A stretch of 64,000 nucleotides of DNA from a virus, in IMG/VR virus record IMGVR_UViG_3300045988_168162, positions 64,001-128,000 of that record. One strand, written 5' to 3'. Of this stretch, positions 26,439-36,679 are shown piece after piece. The notes under the pieces were generated by a model, which was not told where the DNA came from, searched no databases, and saw only the letters and a list, made by a program, of their open reading frames with translations. The translations under genes and the position numbers were made by a program. Within the stretch, counting starts at the first letter, position 1; every line of letters begins with the position of its first letter.

Positions 26439-28100
26439 GTGGATAAGAGACTTAACCGCTTGCCCGTCACCTTTGAGAAAACGGGAGAAGTTGCCGGTAA
26501 AGATGTGCGTTTTATCAACGTAACGATTGATGTGATGCACACCGGCGACAACTTGAACGGCTCCACTTTCTCGAAAGAGGTGGTGGAACAAGCTTTGGAC
26601 AGTATCAAGAATACACCGATCCTTGGTTATATTGAGCAGAACAAAGATGGCGACCTTGATTTTAAGGGCCATGAACATGAGCTGCAGGTAGACGAGGACG
26701 GTATTAAATATGTGTACGCGGGCAGTGCTTACGGAGTGATCCCGGAAAGCTGCAATGCCCGTTGGGTGACACGCGACGATGGAACGGGAACCGAGCGGGA
26801 GTACCTGCGCGTGGATGGTTTGCTGTGGACCAAATTTGATGATTCCTGTGATATTTTTACGCGGGATGGTGTGAAAGCGCAGAGCATGGAACTGACCGAA
26901 ATGGATGGCCGGGTAGATAAACGCGGTTATTACATTGTGGACAAGTTTGCCTTTGATGGCTGCTGTGTGCTTTCGACCACTGACCCGCGCATTAAGCCAG
27001 CTATGACGGGCAGCGAGGTTGTGGCGAATTTTAGCGCCGGGACGATTGCTGGCCAGATCAAGGATATGCTGGCTGAATACACAGCTTTACAAGGATCTCA
27101 ATCCTCCAAGGAGGCTGAGATAGATAATTTTGCGAAAGGAGAAGATGTTTTGGAGAAGAAGAATGAAATTCTTGCATCCTACGGCATCGATGCTTCTAAG
27201 CTGGATTTCTCTTTGGAGGATATTACCATTGAGGAACTGGAAGAGAAGTGCAAAGCCATGACGGCAGAGCCTGCTCAGGAACCGGAAGCTGAACCTGCTG
27301 CTGAAATGACGGCGGAAGAGCCGGAGCAGGAACCTGTCCAGGAGCCTGCTGCGCAGATGAGTGCCGAGCCTGAATCTGTTGAGCCTGCGGCCGAGCCGAA
27401 AGAGTTTAGCCTGACGGTAAACCAGCAGATGAACGAGCTGCGTAGTGCTATTGCTCAGGTTACTTTTGTTGACCGTTGGGGCGATGAAGGCGTCCGCTAC
27501 TGGATGCAGGATGTACAGGACAACCGTGCCATTGTTTGCGATATGCAGGACTGGAAAACTTACGCAATTCCGTTTGCCATGGACGGCGACAATGTTGTTG
27601 TTGACTGGGACGGTAAGAAGCGCGTGAAGGTACAGTATGTGGACTGGGAGGACGGCGCTGCCGAGCCTGAGCTGCCTGTGCTGTATGAAGAGCTGGCTGG
27701 CCGCATTGATGCTGCTAAGAAAGCGATCTCTGATTATGCAGAGGTAAAGGCACAGCTGAATGAGATCCAGCCGAAGTACGATGCCTATGTGGCTGCAGAA
27801 GCCGCCGCGAAACAGGCTGCTGATGAGGCGAAACGCGCACAGCTGTTTGAACTGATGGACAAAAAGCTGGAGGGTGTTGCAGAATATGCTGCCCTGCGCG
27901 AAAACAAGGATATGGAATTTAGTGCCCTTGAGGACGAGTGCTATAAGCTGCTTGGCAAGAAGGCCGCTGAATTCAGCTACATGCCGCCCAAAAATGCTAA
28001 GGGCGAAGTGAAGAATGCACGCTTTGGCGTGGACGGGGTCCAGATGCAGCCTGCTGAGGGCAAATACGGTGACCTGTTTGAACGCTATCACGTTCGATAA
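26439..28100 (+). CDS. scaffolding / prohead-protease-like protein
   Basis: Lies between portal and capsid; central E/P/A-rich low-complexity region, then coiled coil; GTG start assumed. Confidence 0.4.
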   Translation: MDKRLNRLPVTFEKTGEVAGKDVRFINVTIDVMHTGDNLNGSTFSKEVVEQALDSIKNTPILGYIEQNKDGDLDFKGHEHELQVDEDGIKYVYAGSAYGVIPESCNARWVTRDDGTGTEREYLRVDGLLWTKFDDSCDIFTRDGVKAQSMELTEMDGRVDKRGYYIVDKFAFDGCCVLSTTDPRIKPAMTGSEVVANFSAGTIAGQIKDMLAEYTALQGSQSSKEAEIDNFAKGEDVLEKKNEILASYGIDASKLDFSLEDITIEELEEKCKAMTAEPAQEPEAEPAAEMTAEEPEQEPVQEPAAQMSAEPESVEPAAEPKEFSLTVNQQMNELRSAIAQVTFVDRWGDEGVRYWMQDVQDNRAIVCDMQDWKTYAIPFAMDGDNVVVDWDGKKRVKVQYVDWEDGAAEPELPVLYEELAGRIDAAKKAISDYAEVKAQLNEIQPKYDAYVAAEAAAKQAADEAKRAQLFELMDKKLEGVAEYAALRENKDMEFSALEDECYKLLGKKAAEFSYMPPKNAKGEVKNARFGVDGVQMQPAEGKYGDLFERYHVR

Positions 28101-28134
28101 ATTAAAAAAACATACCATATGGAGGTAATTTACT

Positions 28135-28644
28135 ATGGCTGAAAAGCATGCTGTTGTGCGTCTGGACAATATGTCCGGCACCAAAGATGGCTCTCTGCTG
28201 AAGAGTGTCAAGGTTTATAAGAGCGATGCCGCTGTTGCGATTGATAACGCACAGCTGGTTGTCCTGGGTGACCGCGAGGGTCGTGAAGTTTATAAGGCTA
28301 CCGCTCCTGTCGCCGCTTCTAAGGTTTCTGACCTGGTGCTGATTGCCAGCGAGGAGCTGTTCTATGATGAGACCCGCACCCACTACCTGACCGAGTGGGA
28401 GAACGAGGCCGGTTCTATCTGCCGTGGCTATAAGCTGCACAACGGCGACATTTTTAGTGCCACCGCCGAGGCATTTAACGAGGCCCCCGCTGTTGGCAAG
28501 TTTGTTGGCTTTGCTGCTGATGACACCAAGATCCAGGTCCAGGCCGCTGCCGACGATAAGACCTTTGGTAAGATTGCCAGCTCTGAGAAGGTTGGCTTTG
28601 GCGACGGCGCTTACGAGTATTTCGAGATCGACGTTGCTCTGTAA
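28135..28644 (+). CDS. capsid-associated protein (decoration or scaffold-like)
   Basis: GGAGG SD; lies just before the major capsid gene; followed by a strong terminator. Confidence 0.35.
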   Translation: MAEKHAVVRLDNMSGTKDGSLLKSVKVYKSDAAVAIDNAQLVVLGDREGREVYKATAPVAASKVSDLVLIASEELFYDETRTHYLTEWENEAGSICRGYKLHNGDIFSATAEAFNEAPAVGKFVGFAADDTKIQVQAAADDKTFGKIASSEKVGFGDGAYEYFEIDVAL

Positions 28645-28684
28645 TTGACGGTTAGCTAAAACTAATTAAATGTTGAAATTATCT

Positions 28685-28716
28685 GCGCTGCCCTGAAATA
28701 TGGGCGGCGCTTTTTC
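28685..28716 (+). terminator. rho-independent terminator
   Basis: GCGCTGCCC / GGGCGGCGC stem, then TTTTT. Confidence 0.6.
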
Positions 28717-28735
28717 TATTTAGGAGGAAAATACT

Positions 28736-29728
28736 ATGATCGATGAGAAGCTGATTAAGCTTGCCGTTGACGGCTACCATGGTCGACTGGGCAATGAATA
28801 TAGCGTTGCTGACAGCCAGGAAGTGCTGCGCCAGGCGCTGATTGAGGCTAATAATGGCAGCACCAAGCTGGATTACAAGGCCGTTCGTGATGGTAAATGC
28901 CAGAATCTGTTCGCTATTGCCGAAGTCCTGGTCGAGAAGGTCAGCGAGGAAGGTCTGAAGGGCGACGAGTTCTTTACCAACTTTATTGAGGACCGCAACA
29001 AGGCGCTGGGCGACGAGGATGTTTTCCATATCACCAAGGATTGCCTGTTTGCCATTGCTGACATTGCCGAGGGCACCCAGGGCATTCGTCGTCAGCGCAT
29101 TGAGGCTGGCCAGGACATTACCCTGCACACCAAGCTGCAGGCTGTCAAGGTTTACGAGGAGCTGAACCGCGTTCTGGCTGGTCGTGTTGACTTTAACCAC
29201 ATGGTTGAGTTGGTTGGCCGCAGCTTTACCCAGAATGATCTGGACGCTGCCTATGCCGCTTTCAATGGCCTGGTTGGCAGCCTGAGTGCCCCCTACATGC
29301 AGACCGGCACCTTTGACGAGGATAAGATGCTGGACCTGATTGCCCATGTTGAGGCTTCTACCGGCGAGACCGCTACCATTGTTGGCACCAAGAAGGCTCT
29401 GCGTAAGATCACTACTGCTGTTATGGCTGATGAGGCCAAGAGCGACATTTACGCAATGGGCTACATGGGCAAACTGGCAGGTACTAACCTGATCTCCATG
29501 AAGCAGCGCCACCAGATTGGCTCTACCAACTTTATCCTGCCTGACGACGTGCTGTATGTTATTGCTGGCGACACCAAGCCCGTGAAGCGCGTTACCGAGG
29601 GCAGTGTTACTATGCTGATGGGCGACCCCATGAACAATGCTGATTTGAGCCAGGATTACCTGATGATGAAGCGCACCGGCATTGGCCTGATCATGGACCG
29701 TGATTTTGGTGTTTACAAGCTGTCCTGA
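28736..29728 (+). CDS. major capsid protein (by position and size)
   Basis: 330 aa; AGGAGG SD; strong codon bias creates a long antisense shadow ORF; terminator downstream. Confidence 0.6.
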   Translation: MIDEKLIKLAVDGYHGRLGNEYSVADSQEVLRQALIEANNGSTKLDYKAVRDGKCQNLFAIAEVLVEKVSEEGLKGDEFFTNFIEDRNKALGDEDVFHITKDCLFAIADIAEGTQGIRRQRIEAGQDITLHTKLQAVKVYEELNRVLAGRVDFNHMVELVGRSFTQNDLDAAYAAFNGLVGSLSAPYMQTGTFDEDKMLDLIAHVEASTGETATIVGTKKALRKITTAVMADEAKSDIYAMGYMGKLAGTNLISMKQRHQIGSTNFILPDDVLYVIAGDTKPVKRVTEGSVTMLMGDPMNNADLSQDYLMMKRTGIGLIMDRDFGVYKLS

Positions 29729-29745
29729 TAGATAGCGTAACAATA

Positions 29746-29775
29746 TCCCTGGGCGGGTGACCGCCTGGGGCTTTT
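29746..29775 (+). terminator. rho-independent terminator
   Basis: CCCTGGGCGG-GTGA-CCGCCTGGGG, then TTTTT. Confidence 0.6.
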
Positions 29776-29803
29776 TATTTGAGTATTTTTGGAGGTACTT
29801 ATT

Positions 29804-30322
29804 TTGGCAGCAACAAGAAAAATCACGAACGACACCATGGTGGAATGTAAAAACGGCACCCATGGCCCACTGATTTACAAGAGTAGCCGCAATGCCGGTT
29901 ATGTTGTGGAGTGGGAGAACTTTGGCGAGGTGCAGGAGATCGACTATGGTGAGCTTTTGAATATGCGAGCCAGCCAGCAGCGCTTTTTCCGCGATAACTG
30001 GATCTTGATTGAAGATGCAGAGGTACTGAGAAAGCTTGGTATGGACCGTTATTACAAAAACGCTCTGACTACGGAGAATTTTGACGAGGTGTTCCACTGG
30101 GCACCCGCCGACATCCGCAGCAAAGTAGCAGCTATGAGCAACGGTATGAAGGACTCTATCCGTATCCGTGCCAAGGAGCTGGTGAAAACCGGAGAACTGG
30201 ACAGCCGCGGCGTGATCAAAGCACTGAACGAGGTGCTGCACTGCGACCTGGAAGAAGATATTGAGCTGGAAACCAAGAAGCCCAAAGCCAAGAAAGCCAT
30301 TGAGACTTTTACCATTGAATAA
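29804..30322 (+). CDS. head-associated hypothetical protein
   Basis: GGAGGT SD 7 nt before the TTG start. Confidence 0.4.
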   Translation: MAATRKITNDTMVECKNGTHGPLIYKSSRNAGYVVEWENFGEVQEIDYGELLNMRASQQRFFRDNWILIEDAEVLRKLGMDRYYKNALTTENFDEVFHWAPADIRSKVAAMSNGMKDSIRIRAKELVKTGELDSRGVIKALNEVLHCDLEEDIELETKKPKAKKAIETFTIE

Positions 30323-30336
30323 TGGAGGTGTGAGCC

Positions 30337-30771
30337 ATGGGCACTAAATACGAGGAAGTCTATGAGCGTTATCGTGCCCGAGTTCGCAACTACGAATTTC
30401 TGGACTACGATGCATTGACACGCGGGACATATCAGCTGGATCTTTTACATTTGGCTATTAGTGATTTTGAGGAGATCTGCAAGCAGGATTTAAACGATAG
30501 GGAAGACGATATCCTGCGCTTTAACATTACTTTGACCAACCGGGAGAAGGATATTTTGGCGCTGGGAATGGTACTTCATTTCGTGGAGCCATATGTGTAC
30601 AACACGGATGCTTTGCAGAATGCCTTGAACACAAAGGACTTTACGCTATACAGCCCAGCCAATCTGCTGGAAAAGATGACAGACTTGATGAACATTACCA
30701 GCAAGCGGCTGAAAGGGGAGATCAACCTGTATTCCTTTAGGAATGGAGAGATTTCCAGCCTGACCGAGTGA
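30337..30771 (+). CDS. head-tail connector/adaptor candidate
   Basis: Position in the structural module. Confidence 0.3.
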   Translation: MGTKYEEVYERYRARVRNYEFLDYDALTRGTYQLDLLHLAISDFEEICKQDLNDREDDILRFNITLTNREKDILALGMVLHFVEPYVYNTDALQNALNTKDFTLYSPANLLEKMTDLMNITSKRLKGEINLYSFRNGEISSLTE

Positions 30772-30783
30772 GGTGATGTCCCC

Positions 30784-31788
30784 ATGAACTATGAGATGTA
30801 TGCCGCTATGCTTGGCGGGGCAGGAAGCAGCCGCCGAAGCCGCATTATTGCGAAATCTGCCCATGATACAAACCACATGGGGCCTGATTCGCCCGCCTAT
30901 AAACAGGTGGAGATCGAGGGTGTGCCGCACCACATGATGATTATTTCCAGCACGGTCACGAACCAGAAGATCATACGCACTTTACCTGGCGATGATTTTG
31001 AGATCGGCAAGATCATGCTGTGGAGTAAGAGCCATTGGTTGATCACGGAGCGTGATGCTGACGATGAAATTACGGTGCGCGGCAAGATCGAGCTGTGTAA
31101 CCGCAATATCCAATGGCAGGATGACGAGACCGGCGAGATCATTACCCGCTGGGCCGTTGTGGACAAGCCTTATTTCTCGAACCTTTCGGAAAACAAGCTG
31201 ATGACGCTTTCGAGCCGCGAATTCCAGATAAAAATACCGTATGACGAAGAATCCAGTTTACTGGACATTGGCAAACGATTGATGCTGGAAGAGATCAATG
31301 GCCAGGCCAAAACCTACCGCATTACCTGTGTGGATGGTATGACCGAGCGCTATGACCGCGACGATGAGCAGACCGGTTTTTTGGTGTTGAACCTTGAGCA
31401 GGATCAGCTTGACCCGAGCACGGATAGCAAGGCCGAGATGATTTGCGATTATAAGGAAGCGAAGAAGGTGCCGGAAGTTGGCAACGTAGCGATCAAGTAC
31501 AGCGGCGAAGCCAAAGTACGTATTTGCGGCCGTGGCAAAGTATTGACTGCTACCCGTGACGGCAAAGAATACAATGACTGCATCTGGCATATTGAGCCGG
31601 ATGATGAGCTGCTTCGTGAACAGGTGTATTTTGCGGAATCGGCAAATTGGGACCATTTTGTGGGAGGCAAGTGCCGGATTGCTGCGGCGGATAATCCAAA
31701 ATTGAACGGGCATAGTGTTACGGTTACGGTACTATCCCCGGACGAAAAGAGCCGAGACAGTGTTGTGATAAAGGTGGTGGATGCATGA
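30784..31788 (+). CDS. structural protein (head-tail joining region)
   Basis: Position; ATGA overlap downstream. Confidence 0.35.
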   Translation: MNYEMYAAMLGGAGSSRRSRIIAKSAHDTNHMGPDSPAYKQVEIEGVPHHMMIISSTVTNQKIIRTLPGDDFEIGKIMLWSKSHWLITERDADDEITVRGKIELCNRNIQWQDDETGEIITRWAVVDKPYFSNLSENKLMTLSSREFQIKIPYDEESSLLDIGKRLMLEEINGQAKTYRITCVDGMTERYDRDDEQTGFLVLNLEQDQLDPSTDSKAEMICDYKEAKKVPEVGNVAIKYSGEAKVRICGRGKVLTATRDGKEYNDCIWHIEPDDELLREQVYFAESANWDHFVGGKCRIAAADNPKLNGHSVTVTVLSPDEKSRDSVVIKVVDA

Positions 31789-32288
31789 ACCTGAGCGAAC
31801 TTGGCGCGTACAAGCACAAGGTGGCCGGGTTGTTTGCAAGTGACCCCGATATTATTGACTTGATGCTTGGCCCTGTTGATGACGATGCGGATACTGATGA
31901 AATGCTGCTGGGAGACGACAAAGACTCCTGCGGGCATATTTACGAGTTTGAGTATACGCCGGACATTAACGAAACAACAGATACTTACCTTTGTATGGAG
32001 ACTGTTGTGGCAAAAGCACCGACTGATACAGCGTACCGCGTGTATTTGTATGTGTTTGCATATTGCCACAAGAAGATCATGCAGAATTATAAAAAAGAAG
32101 GGCGGCTTGGCACCAGGGCAGATATACTGGCCGAGGATGTTGACCGCCTTTTGAATGGCAACCCGGATTTTGGAATTGGACTTGTGCGCCTTGTAAATAA
32201 CGAGGTGTATAAACCTGTGAACAACTATTACGGGCGCTGCCTTTGCTATGAGATACAGTCGTTTAACAGAAAGCGTGGCACGAAATGA
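31785..32288 (+). CDS. head-tail joining / tail completion candidate
   Basis: Position; overlapping stops and starts. Confidence 0.3.
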   Translation: MNLSELGAYKHKVAGLFASDPDIIDLMLGPVDDDADTDEMLLGDDKDSCGHIYEFEYTPDINETTDTYLCMETVVAKAPTDTAYRVYLYVFAYCHKKIMQNYKKEGRLGTRADILAEDVDRLLNGNPDFGIGLVRLVNNEVYKPVNNYYGRCLCYEIQSFNRKRGTK

Positions 32289-33073
32289 AAGTGCCTTATT
32301 TTGAACTACTGAATCCGATTGGTTTTATGGTAGATGGGATTGGACGAGTACATTCGCCAAAATTGCGTACCATTTGCAAACGCGGCTATAAAAATTACCA
32401 GTATGCGTTGACGCTTTTGCTTATGACCCCGCATGATTTTTTTGCGGGGATTGCTGCGGCACTACATGAGGAAAAGAACCCCTATGATGAATTACCGCAA
32501 GAGCAGAAGGACGCGCTGCATATCTTTGATTTACTTACTGCAGACGAACAGACCCAGGGCGAGATAGTAACCGCCTTGGGCTTTTTTATTGATGGTACGA
32601 TCACATTTGAGCCGAGCCACCGCTGCTTTTTAGTAAATGCGGTGCAGGACGAAACAGGGGCACTAGCAGTGGACGGCATGATCAATGCAGAGAATTGGAC
32701 GTTGGTGTGCGATGTATGCCTGCAATGTGCCTATTTAGACCCGCCCAAAGATAAACAGGCGCACAAATACCGGGATGAAAAGACACGCAAAAAGTTTGAA
32801 GAGTTCTACCGCAAGAAAGCGGAGTACGAGAAAAACAAACGCGGCGGGAAAAAGGCCGACCCTGATTATGAATTGGCCAACATCATCTCGGCACTGGCTA
32901 CCTACCATGACAGCCTGAACATGGCAAATATCTGGAACCTGACGGTGTACCAAGTACATGACACCTTCAACCGCCAGAGAATGAAACAACAGATAGATAT
33001 TACTGACTTTAACTACTCGGTTTGGGGCGGAAAAGACCACCAGGCCGATTTGTGGTTTAAAAAACTGACTTAA
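32285..33073 (+). CDS. structural hypothetical protein
   Basis: Position; ATGA overlap. Confidence 0.3.
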   Translation: MKVPYFELLNPIGFMVDGIGRVHSPKLRTICKRGYKNYQYALTLLLMTPHDFFAGIAAALHEEKNPYDELPQEQKDALHIFDLLTADEQTQGEIVTALGFFIDGTITFEPSHRCFLVNAVQDETGALAVDGMINAENWTLVCDVCLQCAYLDPPKDKQAHKYRDEKTRKKFEEFYRKKAEYEKNKRGGKKADPDYELANIISALATYHDSLNMANIWNLTVYQVHDTFNRQRMKQQIDITDFNYSVWGGKDHQADLWFKKLT

Positions 33074-33094
33074 CAACATAAAGGAGATTGCACT

Positions 33095-33829
33095 ATGGCT
33101 ATGAATCCTAATATGGCTAACCGTGAGGTTATGAACCTGGTTCTGCTGGACTACAAGACCAAGGTCCCTTACATGAACATTGACTTTGCTAATGTTTCTA
33201 CCACCAACTTTACCGCCAACCGTGTGTACGCCAAGGGCGGCTGGGGTGCCCCTAACCGCGTTGGCTTTGACGGCGAGCGTACCGGCACCCTGCAGATCGA
33301 CACCCAGATCATGCCTGCCAAGCTGTTTGCGCTGCTTTCCGGCAAGGATATTGCCAAGACCGCCAAGGTCCTGAAGCGTGAGGAGCTGGCTGCCGGTGCT
33401 GACGGTCTGGAGCTGACCGAGGAGCCCAAGACCGGTACTGTCCAGGTGTTTGCTGCGTCTGACGATTGCGGCACCCCCATTTCTGGCGTTACCGCTACCG
33501 GCAAGAAGGTTACTGCTACCGGCATTACCGAGAACCAGAACTACATTGTTTACTACTACCTGGACAAGACCACCGGTGTGCAGAGCATTAAGTTTGACGC
33601 AGACACCTTCCCGAAGGCTTTTGAGATCCGCGGCGAGATGCCCTTTAAGACCGAGGACGAAGAGGATGTTATGTGCGACCTGACCTACTACAAGGCTCAG
33701 CCGCAGGCCACCTTTAACCTGGCTTTCCAGAACACCGGTGATCCGACCACTGTGTCCATCACCTTTGACTGCTACGCCAACCAGGATGGCGATATTTACG
33801 AGATGACTTTTGAGGACGGCACTGTCTGA
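33095..33829 (+). CDS. major tail (tube) protein
   Basis: 244 aa; AAGGAG SD; high-expression codon bias; strong terminator directly after. Confidence 0.55.
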   Translation: MAMNPNMANREVMNLVLLDYKTKVPYMNIDFANVSTTNFTANRVYAKGGWGAPNRVGFDGERTGTLQIDTQIMPAKLFALLSGKDIAKTAKVLKREELAAGADGLELTEEPKTGTVQVFAASDDCGTPISGVTATGKKVTATGITENQNYIVYYYLDKTTGVQSIKFDADTFPKAFEIRGEMPFKTEDEEDVMCDLTYYKAQPQATFNLAFQNTGDPTTVSITFDCYANQDGDIYEMTFEDGTV

Positions 33830-33852
33830 TCCTTGATTGACTGAACCTAGAA

Positions 33853-33880
33853 ACAGGGGAGCTACGGCTCCCTTGTTTTT
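33853..33880 (+). terminator. rho-independent terminator
   Basis: ACAGGGGAGC-TACG-GCTCCCTTGT, then TTTT. Confidence 0.65.
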
Positions 33881-33901
33881 AGATTTTAAGGAGATGAAAA
33901 C

Positions 33902-34204
33902 ATGGAAGAGATTAAGTTTGTGGAGACTACAGCAGCGGAACTGCCTGCCGCGCAGGTAAAGAAGCCGCGCAAGAAGGCGAAGCCGCAGGCTGAAGAGGTT
34001 GTTATGGAGACTATGCCGGAGACGCAAGTGCCGCCGATGCAGCAGGGGATTGTTGTTTACCGCAATGAGGCTACCGATGTACTGGGTTTTGAGTGCGATG
34101 GCCATGGCTACCAGGTGCCAGGCGCAAAAGAACTGGGGTATAAGCTTGGCGACAATGTCGATTTTATGGTAGTTGATGGAAAGATCGTGTTTGGCATTGC
34201 GTAA
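33902..34204 (+). CDS. hypothetical protein
   Basis: AAGGAG SD. Confidence 0.4.
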   Translation: MEEIKFVETTAAELPAAQVKKPRKKAKPQAEEVVMETMPETQVPPMQQGIVVYRNEATDVLGFECDGHGYQVPGAKELGYKLGDNVDFMVVDGKIVFGIA

Positions 34205-34595
34205 TAAGTACAAAGTTTCGGCAAAAGAGGACCGCACCTATGATGGGATTGTGTTTGACTCTAAGGCCGAGATGAAATACTACCGGGATGTTGTGCTGCC
34301 CGGCGTTGCCAACGGGACGATTGTGGATTATCAGTTACAAAAGCCGTATGAGCTGCAGCCGAAATTTAAACATGACGGCAAAACCGTGCGAGCTATAACT
34401 TATGTATGTGATTTTTACCTGGTGTATGCAGATGGGCATACTGAGGTAATTGATATAAAAGGTATGGCGACTACGGAAGCATTGCTGAAGCGAAAGCTGT
34501 TTATGTACAGATACCCGGATGAAAACTGTATATGGCTGGTGGAACGCAAGGCCGGTTGGATACGATATGAAGATTGCAAAAAGCGTAAAAAATAG
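34197..34595 (+). CDS. DUF1064-type nuclease-fold protein
   Basis: NKYKVSAKEDRTYDGIVFDSKAEMKYY ... DFYLVYADGHTEVIDIKG pattern; start uncertain. Confidence 0.5.
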   Translation: MRNKYKVSAKEDRTYDGIVFDSKAEMKYYRDVVLPGVANGTIVDYQLQKPYELQPKFKHDGKTVRAITYVCDFYLVYADGHTEVIDIKGMATTEALLKRKLFMYRYPDENCIWLVERKAGWIRYEDCKKRKK

Positions 34596-34605
34596 GGAGG
34601 CTTTT

Positions 34606-34686
34606 ATGACCAATAAAATTTTGCGGGGGGGGGTACTCCCTTAATGTAGTACCCGAAATGCACCTTACGAAAGTGGGGTGTTGGGT
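34606..34686 (+). promoter_or_regulatory. leader 1: mini-ORF (MTNKILRGGVLP, 34606-34644), G9 tract (34625-34633), hairpin 1 (34631-34654), hairpin 2 with GAAA loop (34661-34680)
   Basis: AGGGAGG SD before the mini-ORF; stems GGGTACT/AGTACCC and CACCTTAC/GTGGGGTG; the second stem covers the SD-like GGGGTG of the cassette. Confidence 0.6.
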
Positions 34687-35019
34687 ATGAGTGTTGCGCT
34701 GATGAGTGCAGGCGGCGGTAGCGGAAGTATTACAAGAGTAGAGCTTGTAGATTTGTCATTTTCACGATATAGTGGTAGTTTTACTAAAACGGCAGATGTT
34801 TCTTCGTATAAAGGATACAAAAAATTCACTAATGATAATTTTGTTGTTATGACGACATCTGTATATATGGGTGATAGCGACGCTTATGCAGGCAGCAGTT
34901 ACAGTGTGTCTTACAATCAAGATACTGGAATTGTTACTTTTACTGTGAAGATAAATACGAACGCAAATGGCGGGTATCATCAACATTCTGCTTCTGCCAA
35001 AGGATATTTATTTTACTAA
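34687..35019 (+). CDS. cassette protein 1 (conserved MSVALM..GGG N-terminus, unique C-terminus)
   Basis: MSVALMSAGGGSGS...; paralogous N-terminus shared with 35129, 36129 and 36769. Confidence 0.6.
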   Translation: MSVALMSAGGGSGSITRVELVDLSFSRYSGSFTKTADVSSYKGYKKFTNDNFVVMTTSVYMGDSDAYAGSSYSVSYNQDTGIVTFTVKINTNANGGYHQHSASAKGYLFY

Positions 35020-35038
35020 TTAAAACAAGGAGTTATTT

Positions 35039-35128
35039 ATGAATTACATGAATTTTGTCCGGGGGGGGGGTACTGTGTAAACCATAGTATCTCCGAAGCA
35101 TCTCGTTTAGAAAGCGAGGTGCTGTGAT
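35039..35128 (+). promoter_or_regulatory. leader 2: mini-ORF (MNYMNFVRGGGTV, 35039-35080), G10 tract (35061-35070), hairpin 1 (35066-35094), hairpin 2 (35098-35122)
   Basis: AAGGAG SD; stems GGGGGTACT/AGTATCTCC (2 G-U pairs) and GCATCTCG/CGAGGTGC, the latter covering GAGGTG. Confidence 0.6.
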
Positions 35129-35572
35129 ATGGCATTAGCTTTGATGGGGCCTGGCGGTGGCGGAAGTAATAAAGAAATATCAAAAATGAAGTCTACAAGA
35201 CTATGGACGAACGCAAACTCTTTTAAGAATTTTGACGGAAACGGTATCAAAGGAGGCCCTGGCTCCACACCAAATATTCCACTTTCAAATTTAACTGATT
35301 ATGATGTACTCGCTATTGCGTGTAAATTATACACTAACAGTTCTAATGACAATCCATTTATTAACTATATTGGAGTAAAAGAACAAATTTTGAATGGGAA
35401 AAATGGTGGATTATTTATATTGTGTGGAGGAACTGGCGGATCTGCTGGCGTTTTTAGAAACGCGCGTCTTCTCTCTACTGGCCTTTGTGTTACGTGGGAC
35501 ACAGGATCACTGGACGGGGAACATGTATCTAATGATGGAGCAATTCCATTGTATGTAGATGGATTAAAGTAA
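35129..35572 (+). CDS. cassette protein 2
   Basis: MALALMGPGGGGSNKE...; unique C-terminus. Confidence 0.6.
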   Translation: MALALMGPGGGGSNKEISKMKSTRLWTNANSFKNFDGNGIKGGPGSTPNIPLSNLTDYDVLAIACKLYTNSSNDNPFINYIGVKEQILNGKNGGLFILCGGTGGSAGVFRNARLLSTGLCVTWDTGSLDGEHVSNDGAIPLYVDGLK

Positions 35573-35581
35573 GAGGTAAAT

Positions 35582-36001
35582 ATGAAAATCTATGATGAGA
35601 TCACTAAAGAGGAGCTGACGGCTCCTGATGAAAGTAAAGGTTATCTGTATGATAGCCAGATTAAAACTGGCATGACTAAGGACGCCTATGAAGTTATGGT
35701 AGGAACTGTTACTGAGGATTGTCCGAATGGCTTGCGCCGTTTGATCCCCGGCCATGCTGTTTTTGAGGCTTGCCAGTTCTACCATACATATACCGACGAG
35801 GAAATCAAGCGCATGGAAGAGCAGGCTGCTGCGGAGCAGGCTGCAAAAGACCGTGAGGCCAAGATTGCGATGATTGACTCGATTGATGCGCAGGTGACTT
35901 ATACTGCCATGATGACGGATACGCTGATGGAAGAGACTGATAGCGGTGAAGGCTCCGGCAGTGATGGCGCGGCTGATTCTACTGATAGCAAGGAGGCTTA
36001 A
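35582..36001 (+). CDS. tail-fibre-associated protein (the type found upstream of XkdX genes)
   Basis: MKIYDEITKEELTAPDESKGYLYD... pattern, typical of genes preceding xkdX in Firmicutes phages; Ala/Glu coiled coil. Confidence 0.4.
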   Translation: MKIYDEITKEELTAPDESKGYLYDSQIKTGMTKDAYEVMVGTVTEDCPNGLRRLIPGHAVFEACQFYHTYTDEEIKRMEEQAAAEQAAKDREAKIAMIDSIDAQVTYTAMMTDTLMEETDSGEGSGSDGAADSTDSKEA

Positions 36002-36003
36002 TT

Positions 36004-36132
36004 ATGTTTGAGAAAATTAAGCGTTGGTATCCGAAACTGTGGAACAAAACCATGGTGAAGAATGCTGTAAAGAAGGGTGTTATTACTCCTGAACAGTACA
36101 AGGAAATTGTTGGAGAGGAGTATAAAGCATGA
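36004..36132 (+). CDS. XkdX-family small protein (42 aa)
   Basis: MFEKIKRWYPKLWNKTMVKNAVKKGVITPEQYKEIVGEEY; found by hand; its TGA overlaps the ATG of the next cassette. Confidence 0.6.
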   Translation: MFEKIKRWYPKLWNKTMVKNAVKKGVITPEQYKEIVGEEYKA

Positions 36133-36644
36133 GTGTTGCAATGATGGGGGCTGGCGGTATCGTAAACAATCGCGCTTCTCTAGTGCCTGCTATGACATCT
36201 AACAGTCAAAATGGTTATACAGTTTCTGCAAGTAATTACTATAATAATGATAGTAGCCTTTACCCAATTTGGCACGCTTTTGATGGCAACACCATTCGTG
36301 GTGGGTGGGCTGAACAAGCAAATGGTTCTACGCTATACGTCGGTGCCAGTAATAGAAACGTAGATGTTGATATTACATTTCCAAAAGAAGTATCCGTGCA
36401 TGCTGTAAAAGTTATTGCATCAACCTATGAAGCTGGTGGTGTTCGACAGCCTGCAAGTGCCTCACTTTCCTATTGCAATAAATCCGGTTCATATATTTCA
36501 GTTAATATTAACCAAATAGCTGCCGGTAAATCTGGCACGACAGACGACTGTAATGGAGTCGAATATCCTAAAAGTAAAAAATGGCGTGTCACTTTAGTAA
36601 GATTGGGTGAATATATTGGGTTAAATCAGATTCTTTTATTTTAA
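36129..36644 (+). CDS. cassette protein 3 with discoidin/F5-8-type-C-like carbohydrate-binding domain
   Basis: N-terminus MSVAMMGAGG, then HAFDGNTIRGGWAEQ ... VDVDITFPKEVSVHAVKV, typical of galactose-binding-like domains. Confidence 0.55.
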   Translation: MSVAMMGAGGIVNNRASLVPAMTSNSQNGYTVSASNYYNNDSSLYPIWHAFDGNTIRGGWAEQANGSTLYVGASNRNVDVDITFPKEVSVHAVKVIASTYEAGGVRQPASASLSYCNKSGSYISVNINQIAAGKSGTTDDCNGVEYPKSKKWRVTLVRLGEYIGLNQILLF

Positions 36645-36679
36645 ATGTTTATTATCGAATTTAATTGGAGGTATATTTT

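Noticed and set aside
34606-35131. Mini-ORF and cassette as a single gene joined by stop-codon readthrough (leaders 1 and 2 are in frame with their cassettes)
   Set aside because: Copy 1 needs one TAA to be read through. Copy 2 needs TAA plus TAG. Copy 3 is in a different frame. The cassettes also have their own conserved ATG, and the fourth paralog starts at that same ATG. The coupling model fits all copies better.
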